A stretch of 59,876 bases of DNA, taken from NCBI GenBank assembly GCA_000934665.2, contig KZ538600.1, positions 1 through 59,876 on the forward strand, written 5' to 3'. The position numbers were made by a program, and so were the translations under genes. This stretch comes from Catajapyx aquilonaris (taxonomy: Eukaryota). Each line of letters begins with the position of its first letter. Position 1 is the stretch's first letter. The notes under the pieces are model-generated. The model did not search any database. It had not been told where the DNA came from and saw only the letters and a list, made by a program, of their open reading frames with translations. Below are positions 51,966 to 59,876 of this stretch, one piece after another.

Positions 51966-52280
51966 GTGAGTGCCCACTAATTTTCTGGAAAGGCTGAAGG
52001 TGACAGGAGAGGCTTCTTCCGGAATGTTTTGAGCCCAAATGGATATTCTTGTACTTTATTGTCTGCAATAAAGTACAGGAGTCTGTAAAGAGAGAAAAAA
52101 GAGGGGCTATTGTTGCACGAATTATATGGGCTAAAATAAGGTGAAGTGGGGCAAGTTGGTACAACTTTGTCGAAAGGTAAACTTTCGATGTTCATTGCCA
52201 GAAAAGTATTGGTTTGTTATACATGTTCAGCATAGGTGACAAAGAATCACTTGTGTGCCCTAATTTTTTCAGAAAATATA

Positions 52281-53169
52281 CAGGGTGTAAAGGAATTCCT
52301 ATCAGATACTCCTAGAGCCTGTGGAGGGGCCAGAGTAGATAACGTTTTGCCAAATAACCCATGTAATACTCAAATTTTGGGAGATACAACACTTGATAAG
52401 TGTCGTATCTCCCCAAATTTGAGTTTTCTCAAAAACTGTACATGATAGAGCCATTCTGACTTCAGATCTGGATTCAGCACACCTTAATCTATATAGTACA
52501 CCTGCTTTTATCCAAAAGAGGATTTTGCTGCAGAACATGTTGAGGTCACAATATATTCTTGGGCATGTGACTGAGAAAGTGACCAATGAAATGCTATAAA
52601 AATTAATTTTTACATTTTAGAGGAAAACTAATTCCATAGGCGCATTTTCCTGGTGTTTCCCTTTCTTTTGATATATATGTTCATTGGGTTTTGACCACTT
52701 CCACTAACCGAATAAAATTCTCCAATAGATTTTCAGCCATTTCCAGATGTTTGCGATTTTCCCCCTCATCATAGTGTTGAGCAATATGGCTGAATCTTTA
52801 TAGGCAGCATTAAGGAATAGTTGAGTACATCTCGGATTATTTTCACCAAGATCCGAGGCGGTCTAGCAACATTAGGCCCACTTGATTCGGAAAGACCCTT
52901 AGTACACCGTCCAAAGTTTGAAAACGATATATCTCAAAAACTGTACATGATAGAGCAAATATGTTGCCGGATTCGGATTCAACACCCCCAAATCCATAAA
53001 AAGCACACAAAAGTTTCCAAAAGAGCGAAAGAGAGTGTTTTTTTGCAGAACAATGTAATCTTTCATATGTTAACGACACATTTTCAGATGTTGGTTCTTT
53101 GGCAAAAAGTGATCTACTCAGACCCCTACACAAGCTCTAGGAGTACCTGATAGGAATTCATTTACACCT
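52281..53169. mobile_element. Tc1/mariner-type non-autonomous element in the ZNRD2 intron
   Basis: TA-CAGGGTGTAAAGGAATTCCTATCAGATACTCCTAGAGC / GCTCTAGGAGTACCTGATAGGAATTCATTTACACC; about 80-bp TIR. Confidence 0.78.
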
Positions 53170-54588
53170 AGCAACTAAATGGTCCGCTTGCCTAGCACCT
53201 CCCACCTGACGCGTGTGAGTCCCCGTCTATTGACCCCCTCTAGATGGCGTTTCTGGACATGGGTTCCTCTGTGAAAAATACTTGTCATGGTCCCCTCTAT
53301 TGCCCCTACAAGTCTGTCCTGAATTACAAGTTACACCCTGTACACTTCTCACTTATAGTTCATGTATACAGTACACTGATAAAATGGAGGGCAAAGGGTG
53401 TTAACCCACACTCCCCAGCACATCAGGGCAAGCCCTTATTATTACCTTTTTTCTGACAGTCGACCTTGATGTAAAAATTGGGAGGCTGTACTGCTGTCTC
53501 AAGTATTTTTAAAAAGCCCTATCTGCAAAACCGTAAACCGGTTAGGATAAAGGTCTCGTGCAGGCCCTGCACCCATCCTCCCTAGGCCAGGGGGATGGGT
53601 GCAGGGCCTTCATGTGAATTTAGGCGGTAGTTTTTTTTTCCCCTTAGGACAGCAGTGTATACCACTGATTCTTCCTCTCAGCCACGTCAAGTTCATCAAG
53701 ACTTTTCAAGCCTGGTGGGAGTTTTGAATTGTGTAGTTGGATGTGACATTATTAGTAAAACATGAGTTTCCATTAATTTATTTTATGCAAAATGGGACCA
53801 ACTGACTTCAATGTTTGCGAATATTCTATCAAATTCTGGTTATTTTTAAGACAAAATTAGTGGGAATGCAAGGTTTATTAAAGTGATTACTGGTACATCT
53901 TAACATTACTCTTCCAGTCTTCCCCCAGAGCTGGTTATAGCCTGTGTTCGAATTTGCCCCAGGCTCCCATCACTTACTGGGGCAAGATGATAATTCTACT
54001 TAATTTGCAGCAATGGCAATTGACGTCATACAGTATACCATATTACCTCTCATAAAGCGGCATGCCAGTGTAGTTGAGGTCGACCAGTTTCTAGAAATAC
54101 ATGATCTGGTGGCTTGACTGGCATGCTGGTATAAGGCGAGGTGCACTATTTAAGGCGAGGTTTTCACATAAGTTACATTATCCTTTCCAAACTTGACATT
54201 TGCCTGAAAATCGAAATTTACATAAAGATTATCGAAAAGGCACATTTTCCAAATATTATTACATATATTATTACATATTACATATTACATATTATTATTA
54301 CACCATTACATATTACATATTATTATTACACCATTACATATATTGTTTTCAATTGCAGTGTCTGGCAATAATCTCTATTTAAAGAGTATGTTGGAGCATG
54401 GGGTTCCCCTGTCAAAGCAGGCTGACAATGGGATTTGTCACACACACTACATTTTTTATATGCACTGTGCAGCAGAACTGGCATATTCTCACAGCCTGTA
54501 CACTCGCCCATTTTCATTGCAACATTATTTTAGTACAGTACCAGAAGCATTCCAAAAAATTTGGCAAGGATCAAAATTACTGAAATCT

Positions 54589-55257
54589 ATTTGGGGGAGG
54601 TGTGGTGGCCGAGATGGTAACGTCTCGGCTTGCTGTGTGAAAGGTCCCAGGTTCGATCCCCACCTGGGGAGTTCCATTTCACCTGCATCGGGAGGGTCTC
54701 TGACCTGCACCTTGGAGGTGTCTGGCAACCTAGCCTCCTGGGGAACAGCACATGACCCGCATTGAGACAATGCACTTACACCCATGTTTCCTCCCCAAAA
54801 AATCCTTATCCCTTCCCAATGTCCTTGATTCCTTGCACTGGAGATTGAAGTAGAAAAACTACGTAGAAAACTGATGGTGGTGTCCCACCCACCTATAGAA
54901 CCCATAAGGGTCATCACACCGAAGCAGGTTGGTGTAGTGGATATGGAGTCCGCCTGCTAATCGGGAGGTCCTGGGTTCGAGGTTCGAATCCCGGTGCCGG
55001 CAACTCTGACCGTGGTTTTCTGTGGTTTCCCACGGTTCCTCCAGGTGAATACCGGAGTTGTTTCCTAGTTAATAGGCCACAGCCGCTTCCTTCCATCCCT
55101 ATCCCGTCCCAAAAAGCGAAATAAAGTTTACAAGAGTTCCAGCCAAAAAAAACTAATCTCCCCCCTAAAAAGCCAGAACGGCTTCAATGGGGTATGATAT
55201 TATTATTATTATAAGGGTCATCACAGGGTAAACAAAATAAAAAATACAATTAAAAAA
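54589..55257 (+). mobile_element. tRNA-derived SINE, family D (host of a nested SINE)
   Basis: Head GGGGAGGTGTGGTGGCCGAGATGG...AGGTTCGATCCC; 11-bp TSD TACTGAAATCT (54578-54588, 55258-55268). Confidence 0.88.
54919..55210 (+). mobile_element. tRNA-derived SINE, family C, nested in the family D tail
   Basis: Perfect 15-bp TSD ATAAGGGTCATCACA (54904-54918, 55211-55225); (TAT)n tail; homologous to 28478-28783. Confidence 0.92.
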
Positions 55258-55671
55258 TACTGAAATCTCTCTCGGTTATTGCGGCATGCTGGCCGCCCCC
55301 GGGTTATACCGGCATGCTGGTTGACCTTGTTTTATATCTGTGTGCCGCTTTATGAGAGGTAATAGGTTTGAGCAGGAGCTCCCAAGCAAGATCAGCTATA
55401 TCTGACCATGGGAAAAAATGAGTTTGAAGTGGCATTGGATTCTCTGTGTTGTCCTCTGCCTAGTACCCAAATATGGTGTACCACACCCACATAGAAATGG
55501 GTGTAAAATGGCTCCAAATATGCATGTCCTAAGCAAAAACAGCTACATCCAAGCCATGATTTCATGCAAAAACAGCTACATCCAAGTTTGTGTACGCAAC
55601 AAGCCAGTTCCAATGCGATAAATTTTTCCATAATGTTAAATGCATTAAATTTAGTTGTTTTTTGGTATCTA

Positions 55672-55831
55672 CAGTTGAATCCAGGCATAACAGACTTCAA
55701 GGGACCACAGAAATCAGTCTGTTACAGCCGAATACACAAACCATATATGGAAGTTTGCAGGGACCGGCCTTACGAGTCTGTTATAACTGAAAGTATGTTA
55801 TAGCCAAGGCTGTTATATCCAGATTCAACTG
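55672..55831. mobile_element. pogo/Tigger-like MITE
   Basis: TA-CAGTTGAATC...ATAACAG / CTGTTATA...GATTCAACTG-TA; internal GTTATA repeats. Confidence 0.8.
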
Positions 55832-57164
55832 TATATGAAACATATATACATGAGGCTGTCTCATGGGTGGTGGAATCTGCATTTTGACACGTTAAAAAAT
55901 AATTTTTACTTTTACTTTTTTTCAAGCAAAACCAGCTAGATCTGAGCCGACCTCCAAATTTGTGGCTAAACTACCAATCTACGATTTTTAATAACTTTCA
56001 TTTAAAAATGCATAAAAATGCCATCGCATGACTCACCTAGCTTTGCTGCTTTTGCTTTCGAGCTCCTCATATGTAGCTCGTAATTATGATATATGCAACT
56101 GCCATGACTTTTCCTCCCAACTGTTGTCATGATCATTTTCTGTGCAGAACCAAAAAAGTGGCACATACAATATTAAACATGACCCTGCCATGCTCATTAG
56201 GTGAGATCATTTGAAGGTTCCCACATCATTGTCACTCTCACAAGAGAAACAAATTGAAACCTTACCTGGCTAATTATGGTGATTACTGCGTGCAGGAAGA
56301 TCTGGCACAACATGTTATGCTGACTCGATGGCCAGGAAACATTTTAACACTGACAGTGAGATGTCGATGCCATACAGACTTGCCCCAATTCACCTTGTTT
56401 CAAAAAGAAGAGCTACCCATGAAAGGGATTTTCTACACACCTACACAAGGAGTTCCAACTGGATTGTTTTTAAGATTAGTGATTATTTGGTAGTGAGGTA
56501 TAGTCACTCTCCCAACAATTGCTTTTATAGGTTATAGTCAGTGCCAGATTTACCAATAGGCAGAGTAGGCAATTGCTTAGGGGCGGCCGCAAGTTGGAGT
56601 ATAACATTTTAAAAATTAAATTAAATAAATAAAGACGAGAACACGGGATAAAAATCTAGATGGGAGGCTAGCATGTCGGTATTCACAACATTTGAATATG
56701 AAATTAATGGATGTGATGACATCTTGAAACTTGTATTTAAAATTTTTACAGCACATAATGGATCTTATAATACTGAAGAAGGTGTCATAAATACAGTCCT
56801 TTCCAACTAACGATAATCTTTTCAAGGTTATGTATTGTCATGTTTTGCATTGTGTCAAGCCGTTATGGATCAAGTAATCTAGCATTGAGTAGAGGCCCTG
56901 TGTTTTGTAATGTGATCAGTGTGCTGAATTTAATTCTCAACTTCCAACTGGGTCATTTGCCAACCCCTGAAGCAAAGTGGGGGTGGGGGTGGGGGGAGGG
57001 GGTGGGGGATTTTTATTGGCGTTTCTCAACAAAATTCTACGCAAGGGGCTCAGTGTAATTAGTCCAATTTAGATCATGGTTGAAATTAAATTCCTTGGGG
57101 AATTGGTGCAACTGACCTTAACCAAAGATATCGCAAAGCAATTAAGACACTTATTATTTTCCAG

Positions 57165-57249
57165 ACTGTACTTCTTCAGGACCGTCAGAAGAAGGACATC
57201 TGTGTTGCTTGCACTGACGTTGATGCTGAAGTGGCCAAGGAAACCTTAG
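57165..57249 (+). CDS. ZNRD2: ZNRD2/SSSCA1 coding exon 2 (second CxxC of the zinc ribbon); gene continues beyond the window
   Basis: Acceptor ttattttccag|; TVLLQDRQKKDICVACTDVDAEVAKETL continues exon 1 in phase 0; donor G|gtgaga. Too short for the ORF track. Confidence 0.9.
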
Positions 57250-58969
57250 GTGAGACGGGACTAAATGCCTGTTGAGCTGTCATTGGTCAGAAGGAAAAAT
57301 TTTCAATAATTTTACTGATCAGGAGTCTTAGGCATGTCTTGTACCTAAAGAATGGTTGCACCAGTGCAGGATCCATTGAGAATCTAGATTCTTCATGTAT
57401 TTGACCTTATTTTATGGTCTGGGGCATTCAGGCTCAATGTAGTTGTATTTTTCCACTCAAATAGGCATCAGGTACATTAAGAATGTGATATTCTTACAAA
57501 ATCCTGCGCTGGTGCACGTGGTCCTAAGAGGAAAAGAAAATTTTATCATTAAATGATGAAAAAAGCAGTTTGTGCAGAACAGTTTCTTGGATTTAAATTA
57601 ATTTATTTGGTTTTCTAATCCATAGAGGTCAATTAAAATTTATGTCATGTCCTAGATTTCTTATTAATTAGTACAATTTTTCTTCACTTGAAAACTGAAG
57701 CAATGGAGCAGTATCTAAGTGCAATCTGTTACCACTATTAATGACTGCTGTGTACAATAAACAGCTTAGAGCCAACTTTATGACTAACTGGGGCAAAAAA
57801 ATCACCAATAAACCTACAATTTATGTGGTATGTTTACATGTACCCTCATCCAACTCGACCCAAGAATTTAACTTAAGTGGTGCCTCCTTACCCTCATGGC
57901 CTCAGGGGGACACCTAAATGGTTGTTGCTGGTTTTTATAGAAATGTCATTTTTATTTGGGCACTTTGTTGTGGATAATTTAACAAATGTTACTGTGAAAA
58001 ACTGTGTATGCGAACTTTTTTTCCCATCCTGCTGAAGTTTTCAGGTACATTTTGGGTGTGGAGTAAAGCATAGACTACCTTGTGTATTGCAATGTGAAAA
58101 CAATAACCTTGCTGCAATAAATTCTGGTCTACACTGCATCTCCATCAAGGACAGGCCAATTATTCAGATTCCATGGACCTCGTGACATAATTTTTGATCA
58201 GTTTGTATAGTTGGAATCAGTGTGAGAGTTAGGAATAAATTTTTGTCACATTTCAATTGCTGTGAAAGCTATGGTGAAATGTTATTATTTTATGTCTCAT
58301 TTTCGTTTTTTTTTTTCATTTTGTAATTTTTTCTGAATTTTGACAGCCCTTCCGAAATGATGTCATCTCCCTGCCACACTTGACTTTTTTACCATGTTGT
58401 GCTGGCCCTTAAGCCAGGGATCTGCAACTCAGGGGCACAGATGTGAATTTTGAGCTAATTTGTGGGACACCCTTTATAAAGCAAGATTGGCCAATCACAT
58501 GAGCGTGATTAGAGTAGACTTTTTCATGTTTACTGCTATTGTCGCCAATGTCCATCATGGGACTGGGACTGAAACTGAAACCATCCATAACTCATTTTCT
58601 CCCAAAAGTGGACAGTCTTTCCCCCAGACCGCCTCCTACCCCCAGACCGCCCCTTTCCCCTTTTAAAAAATCTATCCTATAGCAAACCCATCTTTCAGAC
58701 CTTTCCTCATCCATCGGAAAAAGTCTTAAAGCACGGCCCTGTCCGTCCATCCATCCGTCTGTGGACAGGTATCAGGGATCAGGGGGCAGGAGGAGGGAGG
58801 GAGGAAAGGGTGATCTGAGGGAGGGGCATTGGGGAGAATGGGCAGTCAGGGGTTGGGGGAGGGGGCAGCCAGGGGGAAGGGGCAGATAGAGTGAACCTGG
58901 CAGGTTTTTTCCTTAGGTTTTTAGGGGCTGTAGGGCCAAATTGGCTAGTCAGCCTGGAATTTTCGTTAA

Positions 58970-59253
58970 CCCTTAACTAGTGACCTGGAAAATCCTAACA
59001 CTCACGGTGACCTGGGGTGTTTAAAGACCCCAGGGAATTTTTTAAATATAAATTGCATTTAATGATATATATTTGCTTTTTAATTTTTTTTACACAACAC
59101 CTGCAACTGTTTTCTACAATTTGGTTTAATTTTCAACTCTCTAGCTGCCGTAGAACGGAATTTAAAAAATCATATGCCTAACTACAATTAAACATTTTAT
59201 AACAAAAAAATTGCACCTGGGGTGTTGAAAGACCCCAGGTCACCAGTTAAGTG
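58970..59253. mobile_element. piggyBac-like MITE
   Basis: TTAA flanks; CCCTTAACTAGTGACCTGG / CCAGGTCACCAGTTAAGTG; internal CCTGGGGTGTT.AAAGACCCCAGG palindromes near both ends. Confidence 0.8.
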
Positions 59254-59402
59254 TTAAAGAGTGAACCTGGAACCCAAAAATCGAAAAAAAAAAAGTCTTA
59301 CAGCACCGCTCTGTCTGATACCTGTCCACAGACAGAGAGCTGTTCTGTAAGACTTTTTTTCTCAAAAAAGTCTAAAACAAAATATGTGCAAATATGGTTG
59401 TA

Positions 59403-59876
59403 CGAGGATTGATTCAAAAGTCATGGCTCGTATTTTTTTATTCAAAAATGGTAACACATACAGGGATGACCTTTGCTGAGTTTTGAAGATCTGGTGATTA
59501 CAATTTTATCTGGCATATAGATGTCGCCCATATCGCAAGGGGGCCGGAATACAAAAGGGGATTGTGACCCCCCCACCGCACCATCGCCCTAAGAAGGCCC
59601 GAGCCCGCCGCGCTTGGAGCTGTTGGACGCTGCATGCGGGACACTCGGAGATGGACAGCACTGGAGCTTGCTTTCGAGTGTGGGACAAGTCAGAGCACTA
59701 TGACCGGAGCCATGTGTCATCCATTGCCACAGACAGTTTTAAAAGACCATCACCCTCGATGCGATAGAGTTCCAAGCGAGGGCAAAATGGCGGAACTTTT
59801 GCACCTCAAAGAGATGGCGAGGAACCTGTGAGGATCGTAACTTCCTGAGACCTTTCAGTCTTTCAGAGTCCTACGC
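59403..59876 (+). mobile_element. Decayed mariner-like element (5' end plus transposase HTH remnant), runs off the window
   Basis: TA-CGAGG...TCAAAAG mariner-like terminus; frameshifted peptides HRPKKAR and RDTRRWTALELAFECGTSQST resemble the GRP linker and second HTH (DRR.T..ELA...G.S..T) of mariner transposases. Confidence 0.55.

Noticed and set aside
54250..54345. Tyr/Ile/His-rich ORFs
   Set aside because: Degenerate TATTACA-type tandem repeat.

Overview
This is AT-rich, repeat-dense invertebrate genomic DNA, probably arthropod judging from the SINE domains; the species cannot be determined. It has two assembly gaps (about 5890-5962 and 14363-14604). Two intron-containing genes are supported. 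(1) A complete six-exon UDP-glycosyltransferase (UGT) on the minus strand, CDS 41109 to 27986, 547 aa, with all introns GT-AG and in phase. (2) The first two coding exons of a ZNRD2/SSSCA1 orthologue on the plus strand (51792-51965, 57165-57249), which continues past the window. The genes are divergent, and each has a splice acceptor just upstream of its ATG. Most of the remaining recognisable structure is non-autonomous mobile DNA: about six tRNA-headed SINE families, many with target-site duplications (TSDs), and about 20 MITEs with Tc1/mariner, piggyBac, Kolobok, hAT, Harbinger, Sola and CACTA-type ends, often nested. The most interesting pattern is that five SINE families with different bodies end in the same GGGTA motif, in four of them preceded by a compensatorily varying stem-loop, suggesting one shared LINE partner. 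No prokaryotic-type system (CRISPR, operon) is present, and I cannot claim a new protein-coding system. Most ORF-track entries are spurious.
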